From: Tricharina praecox
Taxonomy: Eukaryota
Assembly: GCF_024521635.1 (NCBI RefSeq)
Contig: NW_026250411.1
Coordinates: forward strand, 248,001 to 312,000
Length of the DNA stretch: 64,000 bases
Reading direction: 5' to 3'
The translations under genes and the position numbers were made by a program. Under the pieces are notes generated by a model that was not told where the DNA came from, did not search any database, and worked only from the letters and a program-made list of their open reading frames with translations. The first letter of the stretch is position 1. Each line of letters begins with the position of its first letter. Below, one piece after another: positions 26,949 to 40,658 of the stretch.

Positions 26949-27891
26949 ACTGGCGAACGCTGCACCACCATCGCTGTGCGCCGCCGGGACGCTTCTCGTT
27001 CTCCTCGGTGTAGCTGGCCTCTCCCCGTCCAGCGAGCGTATGTAAAATGTAAAAGTAGGCAAATGGACGGTACACTGTACAGCTGCGGCGGCGGTATGCG
27101 GATTTAGAAATGCAAGCTGCAAAAAAGGAAATACAGCGTCTCAAGCTCACAAGCCCCAAGCCCCAAAGCTCCAAGCTCCGGTCTCCGTCCGTCTGTCTGT
27201 CGGTCGGTCTGTCAGCCACCCACAACCAGGGCAGATCTCCAGACGGGGTATGACCGGTGTCGTGACTTGACAGGCATTTGATCGAGAGAAGAATATCCGT
27301 GCGCTTGTGCTGGCTGCATGGGACATGGGGAGGGAAGAAGGCGATCCCGCAGCCTGAGCCTGGCCCGGTACTTATAAGTCCCCCCCGCTTCGCCACGGAT
27401 CGAGAGCCACCCCTGGACCGCATTCCTGAATTCTTGCCATTTCGCCTAGTATTTGTTTATCTACAGCTCTCCCACCTCGTCAATCCCGTCTACTACCACG
27501 TCTTACGTCTCACACCGACTACATAAACTTACCTTACTTACCTGCCCCCCACCACCACATCCACCACCACCACCACCACCACCCACCGCATACCACATAC
27601 TACATACCACATACTACCACCACACAACTACCCCCTCCCCCTCAACTGACAACTCAGCCATCCCGCACCGTATATCATCAGCACATCATCATCCGTTCAC
27701 TCCCAGTCAGCCTTGCCTAAACCACCACAAAAAAAAAAAGCGAACATCCCCGCACCCAGGACTTCTCCCACCAGCCCACCAGAGAGGAGAGACGCAATCC
27801 AACCCCCCTCTCCAAAAAACAAAAACAAAAACAAAGAACATCGACATCATCCAGCCCAGTCTCACCAGTCCGCCGAAATAATCCCCCCGCT

Positions 27892-29270
27892 ATGACTGAA
27901 AAGCCCGTGTCTACTCCGGCCGTCAAGAAGGACTTCGCCCAGATCACATCGGCGGCGGCGGCATCGGCGGTCATGGCCAAAGAGGAGTTCGTCGATGCGA
28001 ACACTCCGAGAGAGAGCTCGGGCGCCAATTCTCCTCCTTCGCCGCCTAATGGTCTAGTCTATGGGCCCAGGAAACGGAAGTACGAGGAGGCAACCGAGGA
28101 CGAGAAACATGCTCTGAATGCATACCATACCTCGAATCCTCACCTCAAGCAGGTATACCATTCTTTTCTCCAATCCATCTTTCCATCCTTTCATCCATCC
28201 ATCCATCCATCCAGCCCGCCTGTCCGTTTTTGTCGTGACCGGCCCCCTTTTGCTTGCTTCCCAGTAGTCGTTATCTCTCCACCCCACCCTCCTCTTTCGC
28301 CGGTGTAAACCCCGCCACCATCATCTTTACCTCGAGTAGTCGTTAACACAATGCCCATTCACAGAGAGAACTGGCCGAATGGTTCAGGACAGAGTTTGGC
28401 AAATCGATCAACCAGTCCACTGTCTCCCGGAACCTTAAAAAGTTCAAGGCATCACCTTCATCCAAGGAGCAAGGCCGACCAGATGCCGCAGCATCAGCAT
28501 CAGTATCAGCTACGCCCACAAAGCGAGAGCGGAAGCTGAACGGACCTCCCCGGTCTCCTCTGCAGAAGAAGATCCAAATTAACAAGCAACTGCCTCCACC
28601 CACACCTTCGGCGGTGTCTCTGCCCCCGACTCCGCCGCCGCGGGACAACAGGGCTTCTCCCATCGACTCTGCTCTTTACGAATTCTATCTTAACTTCCGC
28701 AAGCTCAATCCGGATGTTTCTCCCAAGGGCGTGGACAGGGAGATCAAATTCGAAGCTCAAAAACTGCTCTCAAACATGCGGCTACCGCCGCCGCCGACGG
28801 AGAAGATAGATGGTCCCGTCATCGACGATGCTTGGGTTGCCAACTGGAAGAGGGTCCATGGAATTCCCGGTCCTACCTCCTCGACCTCGGCAGATTCCTT
28901 TGCTGCACCCACCACTAGCACCACCATCACCACCACCACGACATCGAGCGCAAATGTAGCCTCCGAAGCGGACAGGACTTGCTCCGAGGAGACCGAGCCT
29001 CGATCGCCGGTTTCCACAGTCTCCTCGAGTGACCATGGCTCCCTAGAGCTTCCTCCCATCAGGGAGTCCACCAACAACGAACACACACAGTCGACGACAC
29101 CAGGCCAGGCCAACGGTCTGGGCGAATCGCCAGATAGCCGACGGAGGAGGCAGATTGAGACACTGAAGAAGGACATCGAGAAGAGGGACCGACGAATCGA
29201 ACACGAGCAGAGGAAGAAGGAACTCGCACTGTCTCGGCTGGAGAAGTTAGAAAGAGCTGGGAAGCAATAG
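27892..29270 (+). CDS. CENP-B/Abp1-type helix-turn-helix DNA-binding protein without DDE domain, ~388 aa
   Basis: Exons 27892-28152 and 28365-29270; intron 212 nt (GTATAC...GTTAAC...CAG). First HTH: EKHALNAYHTSNPHLKQRELAEWFRTEFGKSINQSTVSRNLKK (Abp1-N-like). Second HTH: PIDSALYEFY...IKFEAQKLL...DDAWVANWKRVHGI (Tc5/CENP-B-like). NLS-like PRKRK and a C-terminal coiled coil. Confidence 0.8.
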
Positions 29271-32185
29271 ATGAGATGTAGAAAGGAAGTTCGACTGGGA
29301 ATCGGTGGGGTTTAAGCATTTACAGCGGCTACGAAGACAGGACAGGGCTAGGAACTTGTACGGCGGGCGCGGGAATCCAGTGTTGCGACACATGGTATGG
29401 GTCATCACGGAGTTTGAGTTGGGTTGTTTAATTTCCTTTGTCTTTTTTCATTTTCTCTCATCATGGTTGTCGGCATTCTGATTCACGCTTCACGCTCTTG
29501 CTGTTTTACGCTTTCATTTTCTGCCATTTCTTTTGTGTTTTTTTGCATCCTTTCCTTTACTGTCAAGGACATTCCTTTTGTTTTTGGTGTTTTTTTTATG
29601 ATCTGCTTTGTTTGAATCATCTGCTTTTTGGGGAACCTGTCCGTCGGCTGAGGTGTTTTGGTATTTCATGATTGTGCATAGAATTGGGCTTCTTTTTTTT
29701 TCTTCTTCATCTTCTTCATCGTTATTATTTCCATCATCATTTTTCCTAAGTACCTGTCTTCTTCTCCTTACATCTCTATGGTTTCTTGCACACACGGGAC
29801 GGGAGTCGGGACGGCGCGGACGGTATGCTACGAAACGAGAACACGAACACGATACTGATGATTCACGGCTGATTTTTCTTCTTTTTGCCTTATTTCTGTG
29901 TTTTTTTTTACACGTATTCATGTCGTTATGAAGTTGAAGTTGAACTTGCGTGAACAAATTGATGGCTTATGTTCATGGGTTACAGTATGGGGGGTTTTGT
30001 TCATCGTCACGATGTGCATAAAGTGGCTGGAGATGTATGTGGGTGTTTATGTGTATGTGTGTGTGTACGTATGGGTTTGGGGTTGACTTGACTGCTCAGC
30101 CATCATACCTACATAGACCTGGGTGCTCTACAGTGGGTTTTTGGGGAGTTGGGCTGGGCTGGGCTGCACTGGACCGGGCTGGACTGGGTTGGGCTGGACT
30201 GTATCGGGCTGGGCTGGCGGGATGAAAAGCAATTGTTGTTGTTGTTTTGTTATGGTTCAGTTCAGTTCCCTTCTCTGCTCTGCTCTGTCTGTTTATTTAT
30301 ATCTGCCTGAATGCTTGAATGCCTGGATGTGGATGTTGCATTGTCGCATAAACCCTCCCTCTCTCTCTCTGGAGTCTCGAGTCTATGTAGAGTAGAGTCT
30401 CGGAGTCTCGGTCACTCCCGCGGTATGGAGCGGCATGAAGAGAGATAGATACACAGAATGAGAGACACAGATAGAGAGAACTCGCATGCGTATGATACAT
30501 GCGTAGCCAGCCATCCTGGCCCGTTCTGCGAAGCAACGAAGTGCATATGGATAGTAGAGTATGCGTTCTTCACGTTCCTTCAGCTGCTCCAGCTCCTCAG
30601 CTCCCGTGGGAGTGAGATCGGTAACTAGAGACTGTAGAGTATCTACTCCAGAGTACGGTAGGTGCTACCGTAGCTAGCGTACAATACACCTACCTACTAC
30701 CTACTACCGTGGTTACTCTGGTTACTCTACCCTCTACCCAGCTCTACTCTACTCCCTGAGGCGAAGAAGCCAGCCCGTCATATGTCTGGGGGTTTCAAGA
30801 TCGGCCTTGTATGTACCTAATGTGTGTACCGGTATGTAACCAAATGCATCGTCGTCATCGATCCTTCCGTATGGCGCACGCAACCACGCCGGGGTTGAGG
30901 CGGAGGCGTCATCCTATAGCTATATCACGGGCTTTATGGTTCGTTCGGTGTCTGGGCTGGTATGCTATGCAACTAAGATCTAGGTAACTAACTGGTAGGT
31001 ATGCATGTATGTATGATGTATGTACCGGTAGGAGTTTAAATGTAGTAGGTACTGCCTACCGACCGACACTGCCTAACTACCACTGCCTACCACTGATACT
31101 GCTACTGATGCTGCTACTGCTACTGATGCTGCTGCTCATGCTGCCATTCAGGCTATATATCCTGTACGTATGTAAGGGTTGGGGTTGGGGTTAAGGTAGG
31201 GTAGGTTGAGACCTATGACGGGTGGTGGTGTGGACTGTAGAGTATGTAGAGATGACCGGCGCCCGCTCTGGCTGGTAGGTAGGCGTGCCCGGGGGTGGTG
31301 GGGGGAGGAGAGCCACGCAGTCTTCCCCTCCCCCTCCGCTCTCGCCTGAAGGCTTCGGTACTTGGCCGTAGAATAGCATTCGATGCGGTATGCAAGTGCG
31401 TACGAAAGAAAAAGAAAAGAAAAGAAAAGAAACAAGTACGATGTGTTAAGACGTAGGCCTGGTACAGATGTAGGCTATGCGAGCACTAACTACCACTACT
31501 CTACCGTCTACTCCAACTACTCTACTCTATGATACTCGACGTGGGTGCGCCGCAGAGTGAAGTCATATGTACATAGACTGTTTACTTACATGGCCCATCC
31601 AATGGAGTCTTGCTTCCTCCTGCTGCTGCTGCGCATGCCTGCCCTACCCATCTCTGCCTACCTACCCACCTACCCACCTACCCACCTACCCACCTACCTA
31701 CCTACCCACCTACCTACACTCGTATGTATGCACACTCCTATGCACCCATATGCACACTCGCACTCTACATACCCACATACTCTACATACATACAAAATTC
31801 GTGGTAAGTACCGCTCTCTATGCAGAAGACGTGCGCCGAAGTGCAAAACAGTGCAGCATATCTACCGTACCAGACCGAGTCAATCGCCGGTTTCGCGCCA
31901 CGCGCCGCCCCGGCGTGGCCGCCGCCGATTCTCAGCCCGTGTGCTGGGTTGTGCAGATCGGAGGGCGGAAATTTGGAATTGATGGCTTACATATGGGATT
32001 GGCACATGGCACATGGATGGTGGGTGGGTGATGGGTGATGGGACGATATGTATGCACCTTGGTACGGTGTGTGTGTATTTATGGATGGATGGATGGGTGG
32101 ATGGATATGGGTATGGATGTGGGTATGGTATGTATGGTATGGATGGATGTGGGTAAGTATGGTATGGATGGATGTATGCACCATG

Positions 32186-32310
32186 GTATGTGTGTATGTG
32201 TGTATGTGTGTATGTGTGTATGTGTGTATGTGTGTATGTGTGTATATGTGTGTATGTGTGTATGTGTGTATGTGTGTATATGTGTGTATGTGTGTATGTG
32301 TGTGTGTATG
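32186..32310. repeat. (GTATGTGT)n alternating purine-pyrimidine array
   Basis: About 125 bp of RY alternation, ~15 units of 8 bp. Confidence 0.92.
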
Positions 32311-34508
32311 AATGGATATATGTGTGTGCTGTGTTGCGAGCTTGTTACTACATTATTACTACATCTGTAGTTTCTACATAAATATCGTAGTTACTGTGAT
32401 GGTGCGTGGTGCGTGGTGCGTGGTGAGCATCGGTTGTCGCAGGCGTTTCATGGGATGGAGGAGACGCGGCGGCCTTGGGGGGAGGGTGTCACGGTTGTGT
32501 CGACGCATTGACGGGCGATGTCTGGGGATGAAATATCATATCCAATCGGCCCGTACTGCCCGCGGGAATCTGAATAATGGGAAACCCCCCACCCTCCCGA
32601 ATCCAGCTCCCACGGAAACACGTGAGTATCATAAGTACCGTATCTACTCAAACAGAAGTGCACTATGCATGTATGTATGCACCTAATGTATGTCTGAAGC
32701 ATTCACCCAAGTACCGTATGTATGTGTGTGTACGCATCGTACCTACATACCTGATATATACCGTCGGCTCCCAGAGGCGGCATGTATGTATGTAACTACG
32801 GTACATAACCACATACCTCATACCGGTACGGTGATGTGTGCACCTGCCGATTCTCTCCCTCCCGTGGCGGAGGGGAAGTGGGCCGGTTGACAAATACCTC
32901 CTCCCCCCAAGTTGGGTGTTTGAGATATCCAGCATCTGCATACTCGCTTGTGCACTGCTGTGTGTGTTGGTCGCGCGCGGACGAGGAAGGAAGCAAGCAA
33001 GCGACGGAGCTCCGGCAAGGGTTAGGTTTACATAGGTTTCGGCTTGTGGCGTGCGTGCGTGGCTACCCCGAAACCATCCACAGTTACGGTATGTACATAA
33101 TGTAATGTATGTACTTCGAGTATACATACCGCACACGTCACGCGGTGAAACATCAGTAGACGTCCGCGGTACTGTACTGTACTGTACTGTACTGTACGGT
33201 ACTCGTCTGCGGGTGCGGGTGCGGCGGTGGCGGCGGCGTCGGCGTCGGTGGTTGCGGTGGTTGCGGCGGTGGTGGTGGAGGAGGGAGCGACGGAGCGAAG
33301 GCTGGGTTTCATATACATACAATATGTCAAGGTCCCGGTGCAACCAACCGATCGGCTCGAGCACACTCCACTCCACTCCACTCCACTCCACGCCACTCCA
33401 CTCCACGCCACACGACGACACGCGGCGATTGGGAGGGACACCTGGGACACCTGGGCCGGTAGTTTGTCCTCTATGTATCCAATACACGCTTGCGTCCTAA
33501 CTTACCTGCTACCGGTAGGTACTGGTACTCTAGGTACTGCGCGTGGGTTCGCTCCGATTTATGTATGTTTGGTACTACGTGGATGGTATGGTATGGGATG
33601 GGATATGCTGGGAGCTTGGGAGGGCATGGGGCTGCCTCATTAAAGCTCACTCGGCGTGCCGAGTGGGTCTGCCGGTTCGATGGCCGAGATCTGTAGGGAT
33701 ATGTACCCAAGTTACATAGATCGAACACTTGCCTGCCTGCCTGGCTAGGTATGTAGTTAGGTTCCAGGGCCAGGGAGGACCCGTCGCCTCGCGGAGGGGG
33801 AGGGGGAGGGGGATCGTGGACTCAGCCCTTAGTCTGGATACCTATCCTTCCTACTTCGCACAGGTACCCCATACCGAAGACTTACATACAATAGGCATAT
33901 ACATCTTCCTAGGACCTACATAGCATAGGTGCTTAGGTGGATTGGATGCGCGCATGCAGACTCCACGTTACGCGGTGAGAACCTGGAAGGCTCGCGGGTG
34001 CTGGGTGTAGTTACTCTTTTCGGCCCACGGCAGTCAGCTGTCGGAGTTCGGCTGATGCTGGTGATGGGGGGGGGGTGGTCTGGAGTTCTGGAAGGATTTA
34101 TTCTGACTCGGATTGGTATGTCGGCACTTGTAGTGTGGATCGTCGTCGTGCCAGACGGTTGGCAAGCAAGCAAGCAAGCTTTAAGCTTGAAGCTTGCTTG
34201 TGGAGACATGCATGAGGATTTGGTCTGGCTTGTTTTTTGGTTTTTAGAGCGTGAGAGGTGTGACTTGGAAGTTGGGAGTGCACGGAGATTAGATGATTGG
34301 ATAAGCAATTACCCATGTGGTTAATCGTAGATCTTCGGCTAGCGCTGATATTCGGAACGTACCGATAGACAGAAACGCGGCTCAACACCCAGGGTGGATT
34401 TTTTTTTTAGGCTGGTGTATGTACGCGCACTCGACGAAAGTTCGAGATTCACAACCCTCACTCGGTAAGTAGGCAAGTCACAGCAGCAGCAGCATTGCGC
34501 AATCGAGA

Positions 34509-37500
34509 ATGCCTCACCTCGCACAGGCGGTACGTGTAGCACCCCACACTCATTCCCCCGCCCCCGCTTTTGGGCCGCGCTGACGGTGAAGGCGGCCTGG
34601 CAGGACACTGCTTCCCTCCCCAAGACCTCGTCGATAACCAAGTCCCTCCGGTCCCGCGACGCGCCGCTCCTGTCGCTCCTCCCGACCGCACGCGACCTCT
34701 ACCACTCCTCCGCCGCCGCGTCGAATGTCTTCTTCCCGCGGCGCAACGAGTGGCTGCTCGAATGGCTCGCCCAGCGGCTGAAGGAGGACGAGGGTGCCGC
34801 CGGAAGAGCCGCGCGCACGTCGACCGAGTGCTGGGACTTCCTGCTGGAACTGTTGCGCGCCGCCGATCCACCGACCGTCGCCGGAACGCTGAAGAGACAT
34901 GGGATCGTGCCGCTCGTGGCGAAGGTCATGGAGGAGTTGCGGACGCGCGAGGAATACGCTGCGCCCGGAGAGCTGCTGGATAGAGTCGCGGAGGTGTTGA
35001 CCGTGCTGAGAGGGATTGCGAGCAGCGAGAGCTCGATTGCGGCCGGGTTGAAGGCGTCGCCTGAGGTCGCCGCGGGTATTCTCGGCGCCTTTTTGAGGGT
35101 GTGTAAGCAGATGGTTGGTGCTGGCGAACAGGTGCAACGGATGTGGGTTGATGTGGTGGTCGATTTGTGGAGGGGCAGTATCTGGGGTAGTGCAAACGCG
35201 AAGAAGGTTTGCGCTCTTTCCCAGTGGGTGGGTAGTGGTGGTGTGGTGGGGTGGGCTGACAGTGTATGGTAGACGTCGGCGGTGTGGTCGGAGAAATGCT
35301 TGGAGATTTCGGCGACGCTGTTGGTGGCGCCCGAGATTGACGATTCGCTGAAGACGGTCCTGGAGAATATGCTCGCCGAATACATTTTTTCACCCGAGGT
35401 CTTATTTCCTGTGGGCAATGCCGGACAGAAGCAGGGCGCTGCTAGGGTGCCGTCCACGAAGGATCTGATTTCTCTACTTGGGCCTCTCAAGCAGCAGGAT
35501 GCGGCCATGTCGGGAACACCGGAAGCCATCAGCATTCCCTATCTACCGGTGTTGTTCCGCATCGCGATCGACGCGCATTCGAGGAAGCGCACAAAGGCGG
35601 ATGCAGCAATCGTCGAAGCGCTCTTCGTGGCGTTGTTGAGTGTAGTCGCCGGTGTTGATCTCCAATCAGAAGTTCTCGACGAATCGGCATCGAGCGGAGA
35701 CAGCATTGCCTCACTGCTGCAAATCCTGATCGAAACCGGGACTGCACTGTCGCCTTCTACCCTCTCACGCATCGTTACCAAATTCGCCAACCTCACCTCC
35801 TCAAACCCGGAATTTATGAGATGGTCACTTGTCGAGACTGCTCTCGCGATTGACTTTGACACCTTTCTCCACCCCGATGTTGCTACTCTTACCACCCAGC
35901 TGTTCTCTGCGCTCTCGAAGGCAAGGTCGTCGCCGCAAACCGGTCGGGTACTTCGCCTGGTCGTGGACGGGTTCGTGAAGGCGCGCGATGTGATGGGTTT
36001 CGTGGCGCGCTGGTCCAAGCAACTAAAGTCCGGTGCGGAAGGCGATATCTGGCGGAGCGACGAGCTGGCCGGAATCTTTGCGCCCATAGTCGAAGACTCC
36101 CTTACCTCGCAGCAAGTGGTAAAAGCGGTTGGAAACCTCCGACAGGAAAAATCATGGATCGTCCTGGACGCAATTCTTCGTGGACTGCGGAGAGAGGAAA
36201 CGGAAACACAGTTGCTCACGTCGGGCACTTTGGAGGAGGTCGTGGAGACCGCCCGGAAAGATGGCAAGGACTGGAGGGCCTGGAGGCTGCTGGTCCGGAT
36301 CGGTGGTATCAAACCGGAACTTTTGGTTCCGGCAATCAAAGATGCTACGGAGCTCGTCAGTGCCGGCAAGAGATGGAAGGAAGCTGTTTTCGCATCCGAG
36401 GTCTTGATGCGGGTGGCGGAAGATACTCCGGAGGGCGCCGCCATGGAGGGCGCGCAGGTCGTTCTGCATGCTGTCGCGAAGAGCTTGGGCCGATTCAAGT
36501 CGTGGGATAGAAGTATTGCTAGCGTGGACAAGACGAACTTTGGTCATGTTGTGGCTACAGCTGTTATCGGCGGTCATCTTGCGATCCTGGAGAAGGTCGA
36601 TACTACTCACAGAAGGGAGTTTGTGGATAGTCTCCTGGGTGCGGCGTTAGATGGGGGAGCTGCCAGTGGCCCTCTTGATGCTGCACAACTCTGCCAGGCA
36701 CTCCTCGGAAGGCCGGAATTCTACGAGCATCCTGCCGTCAAGGGTATATGTCTTGCCGAATCTCACGATTGGAGTCAAGAAACTGACGAATACAGAGGCT
36801 ATGCTGTCCGCTCTCGTGACGAGACTTCCATTTGAGGAAGACATGGCGAAATCTGCTGCGGATCTCCCGACATTGTCCCCTAAGAATAGAGATCAATACA
36901 GCTTTTTCGTCTCCTTACTCGAACTGTTTCCACTAGAGGCCATCAAGCGCACAACGAGGGAAAGGATTCTGGACACATGTCTGCTTCTAGATATCGTTGG
37001 ATTCTCGCGCGTCCGGCCGCTCATGCAGCGGCTTTGGAAGGTTGGCAATGCGGGATCGTTCATGGCCACCGACTGCCAGGTAATCAAGATGTTGTTCACA
37101 AACCCCGGGGCGGCGGATATCTTCCGCCGAGTCCTCAGTCACGCATTCATCAACCGCGACCAGGAGAAGACTAAGGAATACCTCACGTCTCTCATCCGGA
37201 TGAACTACTCGCTCGTTAAGGGTGCTAGAAAGGGTGATGGCCTCAGTGCGGGAGAGCTGGAGATGAGCTGGGTTGTTATCACGGAGCTCTGGAAATTCAG
37301 GAGCGAGGCGGCAATCAACTCTGGAGATCTGGAAAAAACGAGAAAGTGGTTCCTGGAACTTTTGGCAAAAACTGTCGGCTCCAAGAAACGTGTTGATGCC
37401 ACCGCATTGAAATACTGGAGACAGGTTTGGGAGTTGGAGAGGGACGACAGAGACGCCGCCCTTGAGATCGCTGCTCGGGTTGCTGGAAGGGTCACCAAAG

Positions 37501-38645
37501 TGTGGGGCTATGAGGTGCCAGATGCTGATATTGTCGTTGAGACCATTGGTGTCGTTTCTACAGTGGCCGAGAGCGTGGAGGACATGATGAATGTTACCGC
37601 CTTCTCGGTGGTGTCTTCTCAAGTGCTGAAAAGAGAGAGAGACGCGGATCTCTTAAGGCATTACAAGTGTGCGGTAGATCGGCTGGATATTACTACTCAC
37701 CGGGACGTTTCTCGGAGAGTTGTGGATGCTTGCTTCTCTGATGAAATTGGCGGCGACTTTATCTGGGAGCTATTCAAGATTCTGATTAATGCTATCAAGA
37801 GTGAATTGCCCTCTACTCTAGAATCCTTGGAATACCGCTAATAAACAATAGAACCCGAAACCCCAGAGGAGCTCTCAGCCTCCATTGACGTTTTCTCAGC
37901 TGCACACTCAAGACTCCTCATTTCACTTCCCTCCTCGCTCTCGCCATCCGCATTCATCCTCAACGCCCACTGCATCAACACCCTCCTCCGATTGCATCCT
38001 TGGGCAATCATTCAACACAACGTCGACGCCACAATCTCATCCCTCACCATTGCCGCATCCGCGCATGGGCCATCTCTCACCGCGACAGACACAGATACCC
38101 TTTACGCCTCATTAACCTCCATTCTCTCAACGATCCTCTCTCTACACCGCCACCGCATTCGCGGCCGCTATCACCTAGTTGTAGCGCTCCTCCAGACACT
38201 CCTGACAGTCCTCTTCACGCCCAAGCTCTCGCGCAGAAAAACAGAGCGCGCGCTACACCCTCCATGGCTACTCTCTACCACCGCTACCCCACTAACCTTA
38301 CACTCTGCACGCGTCTTCGCACGTGTCCTGCAGGCGTTCTGCGACCCACCAGTGTCCACCGTGCGCTCGCACAACAGCGAGCTGACGGACAGCGAGCGGA
38401 GTAAGGAGAGGAAGATGGTCGGGAACGTGGTTGGGCCCGTACTGGAAACGTTTATCAAGCGGGTGCTTGAGGAACGGGTTGATGCTGCCGTCAGACGGGA
38501 AATCAATGTGGGCGTCGATAAAATGTTGGAGGTTCTGGGGCGTGAGGGGATGAGAAGAGTCACGGGACGGATGAATGCCGAGGGCAGAGCTGTCGTTAGA
38601 GCGCTGTGGGTCGAGTTTGGTAGGGGACGCGGTGAAAGGGTGTAA
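34509..38645 (+). CDS. URB2: Nucleolar 27S pre-rRNA processing protein URB2/NPA2, ~1297 aa
   Basis: Exons 34509-34529, 34604-35206, 35273-36743, 36796-37800 and 37852-38645, all phases consistent. N-terminal FFPRRNEWLLEWL motif. C-terminal Urb2-type domain HPWAIIQHNVD...LSTILSLHRHRIRGRYHLVVALLQTLL...MNAEGRAVVRALWVEF. Confidence 0.88.
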
Positions 38646-38846
38646 TCTTGCTGCAAAAGTTTGGGCTTTATTTAGAAGGCGTAATTGGAAGTTTTTGGTT
38701 TGCATTTTCGTTTTGTGATGGGGGTGATAAACGTGATATCTTGTGATCGTCGCCCTATGTAAGCGCCGGCAGTTTTCCTGACGTATGTACCTATCCCTGA
38801 ACGATATATAGCAAGTGGTTACAGCTGTATCCTACTATCGTCACCC

Positions 38847-40087
38847 ATGGCGCTGCAAAACCTCCCCACCGAGCTCCTCGATTCAATCTTCTCCTACCAT
38901 GACCCTTTTCCGGATGAGCCGGTATTAACCAGCAACCACTTCCGCGAACTACGGCTCCTCTGTAGAGCTTTCAAGCGGTCGGCCACGCCGCTAGCCTTCA
39001 AACGCGTCCGGCTATGCGAATTCAACCGTGAAGCGTTCGAGCGCATCGTGAACCTCTCGCGATGCTCCGAGATCGCGAACTGTGTCACCATCTTCGAGTA
39101 CAAAGTGGTCGAGCACATCTCCCCTCGTACGGCTGCCAGCATTGATCGGAAGAGATCATCGGACTGACATATACCTAACCAGCGGATATCCACCAAATCG
39201 ACTCGATATGCCTCCTTGGCGAGGACACCCTCCTTGCCGACAGCAAAGCGATGGCCCGCGATCTCTTGGCACGCCATCAGATGTACCTTGCGCAAACCGA
39301 CGTCCTGGGTACTTACTTCGACATCCTCTCGCTCGCCCGCGCGCTCCCGGCCTTCTCCAACCTGCGCACAGTCACCATCTCCGCGTTCGCCAGCGAGCCC
39401 TACCGGCAATACGATGCGAGCCCCACGCGCGCCTTCTGGGGGCTGATCAAAGCGCTCAACCACTGCGAGTACGAAATCACGACGCTTACGATCGCCGCGT
39501 GGCACCCACCGAGCCTGTTCCCGTCCGCGTACTACCAGCGTCCCGCCGCGGAGACCCCCTACGCCGACTCCAAGCCGCAGCAGATCGCCAACGTCGTCGC
39601 CAGCATCACGCACCTGGCCCTCACCAACATCCCGCAGGTATACCGCGGCCCATGGTGGCAGTGCGCGCTCCGTACCGAGATCGTGTGCCACTGCGTTGCC
39701 GTCGAATCGCTCACGATCATTATCGACTCTGAGCGCGTGCCCTACGCGGACCCCGACTCCTCCTTCCCGTCGTTCCGCAACATCCTCTTCGAGACGCCGC
39801 TGCACTTCGCGCTCTCACCGTGGGCTATTGATTACAGGCTCCCGAAGCTGGCGCATCTGGAGCTCGCCGCCACGACGCGCGAGGGCGCTCACCTCGAGGA
39901 TCCTACCGTCTTCCTCACAATGCACAAAGACACCCTTAGGTCGTTGGTCTGTAGGAATTATTGGATGATGAGCCATCTGTTGAGGCCCGGGTGGATCTCC
40001 GATAATCAGTTTAGAACGGTCGTGGCCAAATTCCCGGATTGTAGGTTCGAGGGGACGCACTGGGCACCACCGGGTTCGGGTCCGTGA
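38847..40087 (+). CDS. F-box-like protein, ~394 aa
   Basis: Exons 38847-39126 and 39183-40087; intron 56 nt (GTACGG...CTAAC CAG). N-terminal F-box pattern LQNLPTELLDSIFSY...LRLLCRAFKRSATPLAF. LRR-like pieces FSNLRTVTI, ITHLALT, LPKLAHLEL, TLRSL. Confidence 0.75.
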
Positions 40088-40658
40088 AAATGGTGTTGAG
40101 TGAGGAGAGGCGCAGGTTCGTCATAAATGAGGTTGAGGTTGAGAGGGGGGGTTTGCTTAGGGAGGGAGGGAGGGGGAGAATCAATCTATCGTCACATATA
40201 TACGGCTTTACTAGACTATGGCCACCACAAACCTCGACCTTTCCCGCCAGCTCCGTGGGAGAGAGAGAGATCTTCCTGTTTTATTTCGAATGCAGCCTAT
40301 CTAGACTATGGCGAACCAGCTCCGTGGGTTTGCTTAGGGGCGTATGGTTCTGGAACTTCCGGACGAGTGATTTTGTTTGCAATACCAAGCATTTTCTCGT
40401 GACTTCTTCCGAGCTGTCACGTTGACTGGTCTTTGGCGTCTCGTACTCTCGTCACGTGGGGCACGTCATGGTTTCATACTCGCATCGACTGTGTGTGTGT
40501 GTGTGTGAGGAACGAAGTCTGCTGAATTACTGTCCACAAACAGCACATGAGATACATCATACATGTTATATCTCCTCATCTGTACAATCTGGTCATCAAG
40601 ACCTAACCATAACTCCAACATTCAACCCAAACCCCAACTCCCAAAAGTTTTTCGATCT

